Positions 1 to 12,931 of a DNA stretch of 64,000 nt are shown one piece after another. The notes below the pieces were generated by a model. The model did no database searches, was not told the origin of the DNA, and saw only the letters and a list, made by a program, of their open reading frames with translations. The DNA lies in NCBI RefSeq assembly GCF_044704955.1, contig NC_091992.1:101990001-102054000 (forward strand). Reading direction: 5' to 3'. Each line of letters begins with the position of its first letter. Position 1 is the first letter of the stretch. This DNA comes from Pristiophorus japonicus. Lineage: Eukaryota. A program made the translations under genes and the position numbers.

Positions 1-1560
1 TACCTATCACTAGAGATAAAGTACTAGGCAAACTAATGGGACTAAAGGTGCATCCTACGGTCTTAAAAGAAGTGTCTGCAGAGATAATGGATTCATTAGT
101 TGTAATCTACCAAAATTCCCTGAACTCTGGAGAGGTCCCAGAGGACTGGAAAACCACAAATGTAACGCTGCTATTTAAGAAAGGAGGGAGATAGAAAGCA
201 GGAAACTATAGACCAGTTAGCCTAACATCTGTCATTGGGAAAATGCTGGAGTCCATTATTAAGAAAGTAGTAGCAGGACATTTAGAAAATCATAATGCAG
301 TTAAGCAGCGTCAACATGGTTTTATGAAAGGAAAATCATGTTTGACAAATTTGCTGGAGTTCTTTGAGGATGTAATAAGTAGGGTGGATAAAGGGGAACT
401 AGTAGATGTTGCATATTTGGATTTCTAGAAGGCATTCAATAAGGTGCCACATAAAAGGTGCACCAGATAAGAGCTCATGGGGTTGGGGGTAATATATTAG
501 CGTGATAAAGGATTGGCTAAGTAACAGAAAACAGAGAGTCGGGATAAATGGGTCATTTTCAGGTTGGCAAACTGTAACTAATGGGTGCCACAGAGATCAG
601 TGCTGGGGCCTCAACTATTTACAATTTATATAAATGACTTGGATGAAGGGACCGAGTGTAATGTAGCCAAATTTGCTGATGATACAAAGATAGGTGGGAA
701 AGCAAATTGTGAGGAAGATGCAAATAATCTGCAAAGGGATATAGATAGGCTCAGTGAGTGGGCAAACATTTGGCAGATGGACTAATATGTGGCAAAAATA
801 AAAACGCAAATATTATTTAAATGGGGAGTGATTACAAAATGCAGCAGTACAGAGGGATCTGGGGGTTCTTGTACATGAAATGCAAAAAGTTAGCATGCAG
901 GTACAGCAAGTAATCAGAAAGGGAAATGGAATGTTGGCCTTTATTGCAAGGGGGATGGAGTTTAAAATAAGGAAGTCCTGTTCCAACTGTACAGGGCATT
1001 GGTAAGACCATAGCTGGAGTACTGCATACATTTTTAGTCTCCTTATTTAAGGAAGGATATATTTGCATTGGAGGCAGTTCAGAGAAGGTTCACGCGGTTG
1101 ATTCCTGAGATGAAGGGGTTGACATATGGTTGAGCAGGTTGGGCCTATACTCATTGGAGTTTAGAAGAATGAGAGGTGATCTTATTGAAATGTGTAAGAT
1201 TCTGAGGGGGCTTGACAGGGTAGATACAGAGAGGATGTTTCCCCTCATGGAGGAATATCGAACTAGGGGGCATAGTTTCAGAATAAGAGTCGCCCATTTA
1301 AAACAGAAATGCGGAGGAATTTCTTCTCTCAGAGGGTCGTGAATCTTTGGAGTTCTCTACCCCAGAGAGCTGTGGGGGCTGGGTCTTTGAATATATTTAA
1401 GGTGATGATAGACAGATTTTTGAATGATAAGGGTTATGGGGCGTGGACGGGGAAGTGGAGCGGAGTCCATGATCAGATCAGCCATGATCTTATTGAATGG
1501 CGAAGCAGGCTCGAGGGGCCAAATGGCCTACTACTGATCCTATTTCTTATGTTCTTGTGT
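1..1560 (+). mobile_element. CR1-clade LINE, 3' part of ORF2 (RT and C-terminus) plus 3' tail; degenerate, runs off the window start
   Basis: ORFs 243-428 (QHGFMKGKSCLTNLLEFFE), 585-785 ([14 protein letters not shown]...KFADDTK) and 1130-1737 (LYSLEFRRMRGDLIE, RRNFFSQRVVNLWSSLP), broken by stops and frameshifts; ends in a TTCTTATG-type tail at ~1545-1560. Confidence 0.95.
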
Positions 1561-2620
1561 CCCATTTTCAAGTGTGACAGTCATGATTGTTTCAAGAGCT
1601 GTGCAGGAAATGGGAAGGAAATTGCGAAGGGCCCTGACAGTGACCTCTTGCCCCCCGAATTGCCGCCTCCTTTCCGGCGCCAATTCAGTGATTCCTGCTG
1701 GGTTCAGGTGGAAATAAGAGCCTGGATGTGGAAATGAGGCCCGGGAGTTAAAATCCCTCCGGGCCTCAACATGTGAGCTTGTTGCCCATCCAGGCCTCTC
1801 GTACTGACCAATCCTATCCTGCTTTAAAATTGGTGCCCTAGTGTTCCCTACAATCTACAATGTACGTTTTACTACCCAAATATATACTCAAATGATAGAA
1901 TTATCCAGGGATGCTAACAGAGCACCCTTGCCCCATATAATGGTCACAGAAATACAATTCAGTACTGCTACATGTATTATCCTCTTTACAGAAGACAGGT
2001 AGAAAAGCTATTGAGACGAGGCACAACTTGAAGTCTTCAACTGGTTTATTTTAGATCAATTATATTGAACGAATAGTGCAGAGTTTTTACAGTGAGGACA
2101 GCCAGTTTCTTATGCTCCTCAGTTATAGAAAATAATAAAGATGCAACATAAATTAAATTTAAGCGCCTTTTAAAGCTGCGCTATTAAAGATAGTTGGTTC
2201 AGAACCATTTTAAAATGCAGACTCACTAGAACACTGCTACCTCTATGGCTGGAGGAATAGAGAGAGCACCAAGGACATTTTTTGTCCTCTGCCTTAAGTC
2301 GGTGAGATAAGGGGGGGTTTGGCCTATTGAGTTGTCAGTCAAGATTTCTACCCTTAGATGAGGCAATTTAGTGTCTGCGTCAGCTGTGCTCCTCATTATG
2401 CGATGACGTGGAGTGACACCTAGAATCTCAGATGATGTAAAGGAGCCATCTTTCTCCAGTGACATGAAATGTTGGAAATTACACACAGTGATCCCCTCTT
2501 TCCACAACTCTATTCCCCTTTAATGAAAGAAATATTTACACAAAGGGAAAGTTTTGTTTGATGATTGCATTCAGAGCTTTCTGACTGTACTGACTATATG
2601 TTCAATTGTGTATTTTACAG

Positions 2621-2959
2621 AATTCCGCATTTCCCAGTCTCCTCTCAATAAACAAGTGAAAACTGGAGAATCAGTTTCAATAAACTGTGAATTTTCATCT
2701 GAAAATGTGGCCCTTTTAGGCACCTATTTTAGAAGGAACCTGTCAAATCCCATTGATCTAGTCTATATCAACAAAAATGATAATATGATACACGAGTCAT
2801 ACACCAGTCGTCTTGCGTATGAAGGAGATGCGAAAAAATTCACCATAACCTTCAAAAATCTTTGGGAAAATGACACAGATATTTACTTCTGTGTCTTTGG
2901 AATCAGACATGGTCAAATAATAGACAAATACGGACAAGGAACAATGCTTTTAGTCACAG
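2621..2959 (+). CDS. CD7: IgV-domain exon of a CD7-like T/NK-cell receptor
   Basis: Acceptor ttttacAG (2619-2620), donor G|GTATGT (2960), phase 1/1. Translation EFRISQSPLNKQVKTGESVSINC...GTYFRRNLSNPIDLVY...DTDIYFC...YGQGTMLLVT has V-set B/F-strand Cys, DxxxYxC and a J-like GxGT motif. The C strand lacks the canonical Trp, as in mammalian CD7 (GIYLRQ, recalled). Confidence 0.85.
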
Positions 2960-3031
2960 GTATGTTTAATGTTTCATATATTCAGCTGACCTAATTTACT
3001 GAATTAAAACTTCTACGTACTTAAAAACAAT

Positions 3032-3801
3032 GTCCCAGAATTTGCAGTCTGATGATGGCGAACTGGCAGCGATCGCCGTCAATCTGCCATTGAAACTGAC
3101 CGCAACTTCGGGATTCGGCGCAGGCGCTTGCGGAAGTCCCAAAGTTGCGGTCAGTCATTGACCGCTCCGAAACAGGCTGCACCATGCAAATCCCGCCCCC
3201 CCAACACCTCCCGACAGAGCCGGCAATCTGTGCAATCAGCCAAATCAAGGTAACTGACAAAAACCTTGGCACTTCCGCGTTAGTACTCTGGTAAATTCCC
3301 CTCTAATTGTTAGACCCAAAGGGATTAGGTGAAACTGGAGTTTTGAGAGTGTTATTACTGCTGAACAAATGTTAAGGGCCTGGAAAAGGAAAGTTTTTGC
3401 AGTGTGTTTTTTTTTCTTTTTAATAAAAATTAAAAATTTAAGAAACTTTTCAAAACAATGTTTTGCATTTTATTTAAATTTTGTCCATCTTTATTTCAGG
3501 TGAGCCTTTTTCCCATGTGACAGCCCTAATCTTTGTTTTGCTCTAACGTTTTTAAAAAGTTAGAATTTTAAGAGCTCACTCACTTCCTTGTTCGCTGTCT
3601 CTGTAAATAATGCATTTTGATCGGATGCTTAGACAGCCTGTTGACGTGACAGCAGGGAATCCCCATTAAGTTCTGGTGATTTCAATTGAAGGTTGAAAAA
3701 CACAAAATTCTCGACCCAGGGATTGCAAGGTCCTTGTGTGGAGCGTACTTGAGGGCCAGAGGCGAACGCCTTTATTTCATCGCTGACCACAAATTCCAGC
3801 C
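3032..3801. mobile_element. Non-autonomous DNA transposon (MITE, probably Harbinger-type) in an intron of the CD7-like gene
   Basis: Imperfect TIRs CCCAGAATTTGCAGTCTGATGATG / CATCGCTGACCACAAATTCCAGCC; termini resemble those at 40972-42107. Confidence 0.55.
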
Positions 3802-4740
3802 AATATATACATAGAGAAAAATGGATATGTGACGGCACATGTCATTTTGTTGGTTTTCATTTATTTTGTACGTACAATAATCCAAAACGAAAAGAAATTT
3901 CATCCATTCTGATCATTTGTCCCTGAACAATTCCATCAGTTTGTATAATCAGCATTTTTTAAACTTTTCTTCCTGAAAAATAGCTACAATTGTGTTAGTC
4001 AGTTGTATCTTGAGGAGTTAACCTTTTGTATATTGAATCTCATCTTTAAATTAAAAAAAACTTCCTTCCAGGTCATGGTAAAAATCCCCAAATGCAGCAG
4101 GGATCTTATTGCCATTGGACGACACTTTGGTTGGAGATGTCACTGTTGTGAAAATAGACATGCCAGAGTGGAAAGACAAAAGGATATTGTCCTGGCATTA
4201 ATCGTCCCTCTAATTGTTTTCATGTGCAGTCCCCTTAAATTTGCTGTATCTCATGCGCGGTATCTCTTCCAGCGGCAGGAGCGTTTGAGCGGCCTGCACA
4301 AGACCTCGTGATTGATGCGCAGCCACATACCTTAGGGGAAACATTGCCTGGCATTATCCTTTCCCTCTCTTATTCAGGCAGAGTCCCACTGATATTATGC
4401 GAGATTGAGTAAATTGAACATTACGAGTTGGGGAAACTGGGTGATGCAGTGACTTTAAAAATTGTCCTTTTTATTCTGGGAGCTGGTGCTAATCTAACCC
4501 AGCAGAGGGTACTGTTCTTTCTTTGGGGTTATTTCATACTGTTGTGAGCTATTATAGGAGTGCTCGATGCTAACAATTATACTGGCCGTTAAGTGGAGAA
4601 AATGTTCTGTTTCTTATGAATGGAATTTCTCACCACCTCGAATCTATAATTCACTTTGATCTGAAAAAAACATTATAACACAGTAATGTATTAATGATTC
4701 AGGCAGAAGGCGGCTATTGGTCTACCTTGGGTTTCAACCA

Positions 4741-5165
4741 TGGCTCAGTGGGTAGCACGCTCACCTCTGAGTCAGCAGGTTGTGGGTTCAAGCCCCACTC
4801 CAGAAAGACTTGAACACATAATCCAGACTGACACTTGGGTACTGCACTGTCGGGAGGTATCGTCTTTTGGATGAGACGTTAAACCACATATTCCATCTGC
4901 CCTCGCAGCTGGACTTAAAAGATCCCGTGGCACTATTTGAAGAAGAGCAACGGAGTTATCCCCAGTGGCCTCTCTCAATTAACATCAGTAAAAGAAACCC
5001 ACTGATTATCTGATCAGGTGTATGTGGAGCCTTGCTGTGCGCAAATTGGCTGCCGCATTTCCCTACATTACAACGGTCACTATAGTTCAAAAGTACTTCA
5101 TTGGCTGTAAAATGCTTTGGGACATCCTGAAGGCATGAAAGGCGCTATATAAATGTAAGTTCTTA
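4741..5165 (+). mobile_element. tRNA-derived SINE with Deu-like central domain (SacSINE1/DeuSINE-like)
   Basis: A box TGGCTCAGTGG (4741), B box GGTTCAAGCC (~4785), central AAAGATCCCGTGGCACTATTTGAAGAAGAGCA, L2-type tail GGCGCTATATAAATGTAAG. Confidence 0.75.
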
Positions 5166-5289
5166 CCTGTGGCATTTATTAATCCTACACTTCCAAGTGT
5201 CCCATCAGTTTCCTTTCTGTGATTCTGGAACAAATAACTCTGTTTTTTCTTTCTTATTAGAAATTCATTCTGTTTTAAATCAGCCATGA

Positions 5290-6420
5290 GTTTCTATTCC
5301 ATCACTCCTGCTGATAATCTGTTCCAGAATTCAATCACTTTCTTATTGGAAAAAAATGCCTCAATTTCCTATTTTGTTTTGGCATCTTTAACGTTAAATT
5401 GTGCCCCTCAGTCCTTGAATTGTGTGCCTGATGGAAGATCTTCCTGGATCTACATTTTACATGAAAATCTTGAAGGCTTGTATCAATTCATCCCTCATCT
5501 GCTCTCCCTATAGCTATGCAACTTAATATTTGATTTTCTTTCTTCACAGGTTCACAGAAGTAATTTTATCAATTTACCCGACAAAATCTCAACATCTCTG
5601 TCCTGCTCTGTTACTTTGAGCACATTATCATTAAGAATCTTATTTCTTCTATCTCATCTCTCAGCTTTACATTTATTCATGTTGAACACCATCTGGCACC
5701 TTGCTACCCATTGACCTAACCCACTCAGACTTCTTTGAATTAATGCATGTTGGCCAGCATTATTGGCACAACCCCCGAATTTGGTGTCATCTGCAAACTT
5801 GGATATCTTGTAAAATATTGCTCTGAATCATTTATAACAATTATAAGCACAGCAATCCCAACACCAACCTCTATGGGACTCCACTGAGACCGGTTTACAC
5901 TTTGTCACCTCCCCACACTTTGCTCTTTACTTCTATACCAAGGATAAATTCACCCTAATATGTTGCTAAGTATCCCAAGGGCGCACATCATGTGACTCAG
6001 TCGGTTCTGTGCAACAATGTTGAATGACTTCCTGACATCCGGGTAGATTAACATTTACTGCCTCAACCCTTATCCATTAGATAAAACCTCCTCAACCAAT
6101 TCCAGAAAATTGGTCAGCCATGATCTGCCCCTTTTAAACCCTGCTGACCCACTTTGATAAGATTGTCCTTCTAGATGATCCCTTATGCTATTCCTCATCA
6201 ACATCTCAAACACTTTCCCCACAATAAGGGCAAGGTCTAAAGATCTGTCATTTTCAGGTGTTATCCCTTTCCCCTTTTTCAAAAGAATAAGGTCACATTT
6301 TCTACTTTCTGATGCATTGGGACATTGCTCAATTCCAATCAACTTCGAAAAATATTAGTAAGAGGATTGGGAATGTTGAAGTGAAATGACCACTCTTGGA
6401 TCTGCGAGGTCCAAACAATT
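5290..6420 (-). mobile_element. Old, highly degenerate CR1-like RT fragment
   Basis: Minus-strand remnants GFKRGRSWLTNFLE (ORF 6070-6342) and SKFADDTKFGG (~5775-5805). Confidence 0.75.
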
Positions 6421-7473
6421 AAAGATTTTATTTGAGCATATGCAAGGGGAACAGGTCTCAGTTGCCTGAAATACCTGTCTTAACTATACAGAGGTTGCAG
6501 CATATTTATAGTGCACAAGTTACTGTAACTTGTTTTTTGCGACAGTCATAAATCAGTACACACACTATTCCAACACTTATATCACATGATGAGTTTCACA
6601 ACCCAGTTAATCAATTGTGTTATTCAGGCCCCGCAGATGTTCCCTGTTATCTCAACTTACCAGCCTTGGGCCTCCCATTCCCATTGAAACTCCTGAGTGG
6701 CCTTCATTCTCCCTATCTCCTTGTTCTGAACATAACAATGAATAATATGTTTTTCCAAAAATGAGCTAGTTGTCTCTAAAGATACTCCTTGTCAAGTATC
6801 CCATCATGTCTATGCGAGGAAGCTTTACCATTGTTGCCTAGTCCTATCTACAGCGTTTATTTCAAAGATATGCACTTGACTAACAATTCAAGCATTGCTA
6901 TTATAATGTTAGCTCCACTTGTCCCACTTCAGCCATCTCCAGAAGCATCCTTGGATGGAACTTGTCAGAGCCTTGCTGGGTTCAGCTTTCTAAACCCATC
7001 TACACGATCTTCGCTTGTAAAGTTTTTTCAGTCTGCTTCCTCCCTTATACCCCTCTTTAAACTCAGGCTTATCGTCCTTCACATATAATTACAAAATACT
7101 GATTTGGTTATTAAGCAAAACATGTTTGCAGTTTTTACTGTGCAAATTCTATAAATTGCATCAAATATCCAGCCTTTCAACATTACATGGCTTTGATCTG
7201 TGAAAAATCACCATTTGAGCCATTGACAGCATATCTTGTTTGAAGACTTCTTAGTTGATGAGCTCATAAGTTTACACAGAACCTTAAATGCAGAACCTGA
7301 TGTGGTATACATTTGTGTTATAATCAGTAACACAATATATTCTGTCTTATGTACGTCATTCTTATCTTCTGTAATGGTTTCAAGAACATTGTATAAAGAG
7401 AATATCATTTAATGACAGTATGAATAATGTGCACTTCTTTCGTCAAAATAATAATTATTTTGCATCCTCCCAG

Positions 7474-7598
7474 ATTCCAACACGGAGCGCTGTGCAGAAC
7501 AATGCAAACAAATATCATATAAGGATCCAATTGTAATTGGTGTGATTGTTGCTGCAATAGTTGCCCTGCTTTGTGTACTGATTCTGTTATATTGGCGC
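7474..7598 (+). CDS. CD7: Stalk and transmembrane exon of the CD7-like gene
   Basis: Acceptor cctcccAG (7472-7473), donor GTAAGT (7599). Phase 1 join with the V exon gives DSNTERCAEQCKQISYKDPIVIGVIVAAIVALLCVLILLYWR: two stalk Cys and a ~22-aa hydrophobic helix; ends in phase 0. Confidence 0.88.
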
Positions 7599-7759
7599 GT
7601 AAGTTCCTAATTTTATTATAACAAATATTGATTCAAATATACTGTTTAGATATTAAATAATACAAAAGTGAAAAAAGTGAAATCAAATTCAAATAGTTCT
7701 AGTGAACAATTATCCAGATTGTTAAAATGGTTTAAGTAAAATGTTACTCTGAAGAACAA

Positions 7760-7822
7760 GCGGTGCAGGCTCGAAGGGCCGAATGGCCTATTCCTGCACC
7801 TATTTTCTATGTTTTCTATGTA
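7760..7822 (+). mobile_element. Short CR1 3' tail
   Basis: GGCTCGAAGGGCCGAATGGCCTATTCCTGCACCTATTTTCTATGTTTTCTATG matches the CR1 end at 25378-25430 (reverse strand). Confidence 0.75.
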
Positions 7823-8710
7823 CGTAATTTACTGTCCATTTGAAAATGGATACCTGTAAATCATACGCGATCTGTTTTTTCCTTGCCTGGGATAGAACCT
7901 GAGACATGGGTCACCAAAATCTATGATGCTCCCCTAACCTTGCTCCTCCATGGAAAAGGGAGGAGATTCATGATTTTAAAAAAAATCAAAAGCAGCTGCC
8001 ATCCTTTTCAAGATCTGATAATTCCTCTGAAGTATGAGGTTAATATCAAATAAACTTTGTTTTACCAGTCTTGGACAAGAAACTCAACACATAAGTCAAA
8101 GCTTGTCGAATTAACTGTATTAGGGCCCTGAAAATTGCTAAGGGTGCAAACCTGGCAGTTCCTCCATTCCTCCATATGTGCTGCTCAACTTCAGGATCAT
8201 ACATACTGCTGAACTCTACTGTTGATGTAGCCGAAGTCTGCAGATCCGGGATCATCCCATGAGGAATGGACATTTGGAAGCACATCTGTAGCAACCTCCC
8301 CTACCCTCGGAAGCTTGATAGACCTTCAGGGTGGAGAGGGGATGTAGGGGGATGGTGGTAGATACTGAGAACTGGGACTGGGTCCACCGCCCCCCCACCC
8401 CCACCCCAAAACAATGCTCGCTCTGCCCCCTGCAGCTCCCTGTGTCATTTATTTTCCATATAGTTGTGTAATTAAGTCGTGCTCAAACCTTTCAGTCTGG
8501 GGGACACCCTCCAAATATGACCATATTTCTGGGGACTCCCTGTTCTAACTTCAGAAAGGCGGTGGGAGGCACCTGATAGAAGACAGTGCAGAGAATGTCT
8601 TTTACTAGAGAAACAGAAATAATATGCTAACAAGTACAGTAAAATATAGAAAGCTGATGCCAAATGAACCGATATCCCCAGGGTCCAGGGATATCTGTTT
8701 AAAAATCTAA

Positions 8711-9400
8711 GGGGGAAAAATTGGGTAACACTCGCGAGACGCAAAACTTTGTGCCAGGCACAGAAGGCTCGCCTCTCATGAAAAATTGGGGTTAGCGCTC
8801 CCGAAAGGAAATGGAGCACAAAATACACAGCTTCACTTCCTTTCTGGGGAGGTAGTGGGGCAGACGCCTCAGGAGCGGGGCTCAGAATTGCCTCGTAGTA
8901 GGGGCTCTTGCATTAATTAAGGGGAAGAGCACAAGCTGCATACCCTGCAGCAACAAAAGGGTCCTACCTGGACCACGGGGGAGTGGGGGTGCCGTGCCAA
9001 TAGCCAATCATTCAAGCAGAGTGCCGGGCTGACTGATCGTGGCATGGACCCCGCGTTCAAAGCGCCAACAGAGTGCACGGCAAAATCAGAGGTATTTTTT
9101 TAAAAGCATCACATCAACCTTTTAACTTGCACCCCACGAGCGGTCGGCCACCCGATACGTACCCCCTGAAGCTGTCGCTGTCATCGTCTGGCGCTGTTTC
9201 AGGTGGCGTTATCCAATTTAGGGTCCAGAGCGCTAACAGCGTGCAGCGCATAGTGATGACGTTATCATCGCTGGCGCAGCGGAGGAGGGTGCTAGGGGTT
9301 ACCGCTGCCGCTAAATTCCCGCCGAAATTCACAGGTGTCACGCTCGGGTGAAAAGTCGTTTGTGCCCCGTTAGCATCATCAGGGGTGCTAATGGGAGGCC
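8711..9400. mobile_element. GC-rich non-autonomous DNA transposon (MITE-like) in the last intron
   Basis: Begins GGGGGAAAAATTGGG; shares GTTAGCGC...GAAAGGAAATGGAGCAC with the element starting at ~63823, and has similar termini to 42762-42978. Confidence 0.5.
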
Positions 9401-9451
9401 TAAGTAATAATTCAGAGGAATGTGATTTTAAAAAAATATTTTAATTTTTAG

Positions 9452-9553
9452 GTGAATAAACTCTGCCAACGTGACCAGCCACAGCATGTGAGGGCTCCGA
9501 ACTCAGTGTATGAAGATATGAACCTGGTTAGAACACAAAGCATGGCACGATAG
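9452..9553 (+). CDS. CD7: Terminal cytoplasmic exon of the CD7-like gene, with YEDM motif
   Basis: Acceptor tttttAG (9450-9451), phase 0: VNKLCQRDQPQHVRAPNSVYEDMNLVRTQSMAR, stop TAG 9551-9553. YEDM is the YxxM PI3K-p85 docking motif known from CD7. Confidence 0.88.
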   Translation: MNKLCQRDQPQHVRAPNSVYEDMNLVRTQSMAR

Positions 9554-9755
9554 CTCTCAGATGAATTGTGTTAATTTGACTGGATGTCACATTAACCTGG
9601 AGCCTTGTGCTTTTGATTCACTTTTGCTTGTAAGGGTGAAATGTATCCATGGAAATGTAAGATTCCTAACTTTTTACAAATTTATAGTGCCTTCATAATT
9701 CTTTTTGCAATATGAGTTTGTTAAAGTAAAAACATAATTTGTTTTATATTTATAG

Positions 9756-9761
9756 AATAAA
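9756..9761 (+). terminator. Candidate polyadenylation signal of the CD7-like gene
   Basis: First AATAAA noticed downstream of the stop (~200 nt), in an AT-rich putative 3' UTR. Confidence 0.4.
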
Positions 9762-10399
9762 TACAGTGCCTGCTTTGTAGAAGCTGGTACTTGTATATGT
9801 ATTACATGTATATTATGGAGGAACAGTACACCATTTGTGTGGGGGACAAATGTCATTTGTACAGCTTTTTTATCTCATTATAAAAATCTCCTTTCTCTCT
9901 CTTCCCTGCTCTCACTGCCTTTAAGTATCCATGCACTGTTCTACAGGCAAGAGATAAAGCCCACATGCCCCTGATGCCACACTTGCAGTATGAGTGTGAT
10001 ACAGGAGGACATTCTTGCCTGTGAGGAGCATCTGATCTTTAATCAGTGCCTCCCGTTAATAGTACAATCAACCTTATGACGAACAATGGATGTAAATCTA
10101 TACGCAAATGTATATACACCACTCTACCAGTAATATATATGAGTCATATACCTGAAATACTTACCTGAGATGCTAGACAACATGTTCTGTTCCCAGATAG
10201 CTTCTTTGTTAGTGTGCAGAGAAACCTAACTCAGTTTATAGTACAAACATCTAAAGGGTTTTTCTGAGACTTTCAAGAGCCATTCTGTGCCAGAGCTAGC
10301 AACTTTAAATAAAAAATTCCAGGTTTTCGTCCTTTCAACCTGATGGTGGTAGCTTATATAAGGATATGGTTTCATGGGCTCTAGCAACTCTTGTCTTAC

Positions 10400-10740
10400 T
10401 TCATCTCACTGAGCTTTCATGTATGACCCTCGGCAGTGTCAGCAGGCTGTTTGCCTATGTGGGGTTGGGAAGATTTATTCTGTCCATGGCACAAGGAGGA
10501 AATCTTCCAGTGTGGAGGCACTGCAGCTGGGAACGGTCTTGTCCTGATCCGACAGCCACACCTGCATGCGTTCCACCATTGGGAGCAGGATTGACAGATA
10601 TGTTTTTTTCCTCCTTCTTTACCCAAGGTCAACTGCAGGGTCAGCATTACTATCCGTGCTGAGACCAGCTATTTCAGCACACATTGATCAAACTTGGCAC
10701 CTTTTGGGCTTTGTGTGTTACACCCACACAGTGGAATTGT
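10400..10740 (-). mobile_element. Ancient SINE remnant, LF-SINE-like
   Basis: Reverse strand reads TGTGCTGAAATAGCTGGTCTCAGC...GGAGGAAAAAA...CCTGCTCC, resembling my recollection of the LF-SINE core; boundaries approximate. Confidence 0.35.
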
Positions 10741-12436
10741 TCATTTTATCTGGTTACTCCTGCACCTTTTTTTGTGATGTTTGCAAAAAAAAAAGTGTCT
10801 GTATTACATCTCTCAGCTGCATGTTTGTGGCTATTCTGCTGTTTGTGGTTACTTCACCATGCTAAACCACAACGCACCCTCCAAATTAACATTCATGTTT
10901 CTGGCAATTAGATGCTGGTCCAAATTCTATTAGCAGGCTTGCCGAAACCTTTTCAGTCATTAGATTAAATCTGCCTGCCGCGTTTTCCAAAATTAATTTG
11001 TCAAAATCTGCATTGCAGTTATCAGATTCATGTGCGTTTAAAATCTAGGGTGCCAGGACTTTGAGATCCAATTAATAAAATAAGTTCATAAAAAGTTCTC
11101 ATTTAAAAATGAAAATGGTTGCGCAACTTTAAACCTTGAAAATTATTTCAAACATAGAACTAGTAGAAGGTGTTATTGCAATTATGACTTTATGGCTAAT
11201 AATTCTCATCTTCAATTTCTCTCTCTCTCTTATTACTGCTGTTATTGCTCCTTTTGAACTTTTCCTTTTGTTCCTCTTGATCTCCAGATTTGCTGCCGTT
11301 ACACCCTTCCTCCTCACTGAATTTCCTTCACCTTCTCTCATATTGAAACAAGACTCATAAGAACATCTGCTCTCATTCTTTTCCCACAATATCAGAGTTG
11401 TGGAATTTCTTAACTCCCTTCATCTTTCCTTCCTCCTGCAATCTAATGGCTTTTTAAACCTATCCTTATCTTGATTCTCAGGATCTTTACAACCTTGTTG
11501 GTTCCTTGCACACGTGTCCTTGGGCATTTACCAGGTTTCTCAATTTAACTGTAGCAAGGCATACAACCTGAGTCCACGAGTGCCTTTTAGCAGTTTGTTT
11601 TGTTTTACAAGCCTGTTCGAAAGATCTTTTGTTCGTTAAAAACTGATGCTGAGTCCAATTGAGTTGTGAAACACTGTCATGAATATCTTGATGGAAAAAA
11701 AGCCACCTGCTGTTATGAATCAAAGAAGCTTACAGCAGTACTATTGAAAAACAAGTTCAGGAAATGTGGACATCAGTGGTGATATCTCAGGGTGACGTTA
11801 AAACTAACCACTAAATGTCAGCTCTATCACAAGGCATCAATAGGGTGTTTAAAAAAAAATTGAATTGTAGCTTCTTATGATCTAGTATACAATGTCTTGA
11901 ATATGCTTTACTGGCAGTAGCAATACATTTATGCGAACATTTTTATGTACTTTACATACTCATATGCAGTATGCTTAATGGTTTAATATTACTTTTGTTA
12001 TAAATTCTATTCATTATAATCTGTTCGGTTTAGAAGAAATATTCATATTAAAATATTATCAAAATAGTCATTTTTTATTAAATATTCCACATTTAAAGCA
12101 CCTTCTCCACTACCAATTCCACATACCATTCCTCAACAAACATGGTGAATACAATCTCTTCTGGATCCGTGCCAGTATAGGATCAATCACCAGAATGAGG
12201 GCGAGTGTGGTCTGGTTTGCCTCCTTCGCCTCTGATTCTCCTTCCATGCTATCTGAAAGTGCCTTTAATTCACTCAGTGCCTCTCCTAGATAATTCAGCT
12301 AAGACCCAGCGCCCACCTTTTGAATGGCAAGGGCAAACTTGCATCCTAATGGTCCTCCTTCAGCAGACTGGTACAGCAGTGGTAGTTGTATCACCTGCGC
12401 TTTCTCCATCCACCATCTGTTCTTTAGGTCCCGGGT

Positions 12437-12931
12437 TTTTTGTTGGATCTCAGCCTTGAGCCATATGTAACGTTGCTTTGTAGCTCCCGAGTTGGAGTGT
12501 TGCTTGAGGCTCAGAAATGCTCTGTGCTTACGATCTATTAGCTCTCCTGATCGTTTTCATCAAACCAGTCCTGCTGTTTTCTGGTTGAGTAACCAAGTGT
12601 CTCTTCACAGGCATTGGTTATGGAAGCTTGGATGGCAGACCAAGCTCTGTGGGCATTGAGCATCTCAGGGTCATCAAGGCATGCCAAAATGGCTGTGAGG
12701 CACTGGCTATATAGGGCTCTCTTAGCTGGGTCTTTAAGTGCCCTGGTATTAACTTTTTTGCAGCACTGCTTCTGCTGTTCTCTCTGCTTTGGGGCTATGT
12801 TAATATTGATGATGGATCAGATTAGGTGGTGGTCCATCCAGCAGTCGTCAGCTCCTGTCATGGCGCGGGTGATGCGCACATCCTTGCGATCCCTGGCTCG
12901 GACAATGACATAGTCCAGCAGGTGCCAGTGT
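12437..12931 (-). mobile_element. RTE-clade LINE internal fragment
   Basis: Reverse translation HWHLLDYVIVRARDRKDVRITRAMTGADDCWMDHHLI...CEETLGYSTRKQQDWFDEND, typical of the end of the RTE endonuclease and the following linker. Confidence 0.8.

Noticed and set aside
1940-2000. Candidate leader exon for the CD7-like gene (MVTEIQFSTATCIILFTED, then AG|GTAGAA)
   Set aside because: The ATG frame gives a phase-2 donor, incompatible with the phase-1 V exon; the phase-1 frame has no ATG; the donor is weak.
2484-2511. CACAGTG heptamer near the V exon (possible RSS)
   Set aside because: No convincing nonamer at 12 or 23 spacing, wrong side of the exon, and the V exon already includes its G strand.
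4741-4800. tRNA gene
   Set aside because: The A and B boxes belong to a SINE head; no complete cloverleaf.
10366-10662. ORF with a signal-peptide-like start (MVSWALATLVLL)
   Set aside because: Overlaps a probable SINE remnant; no recognisable domain or supporting exon structure.
11136-11360. Hydrophobic 74-aa ORF
   Set aside because: Explained by T/C-rich composition; no family motif.
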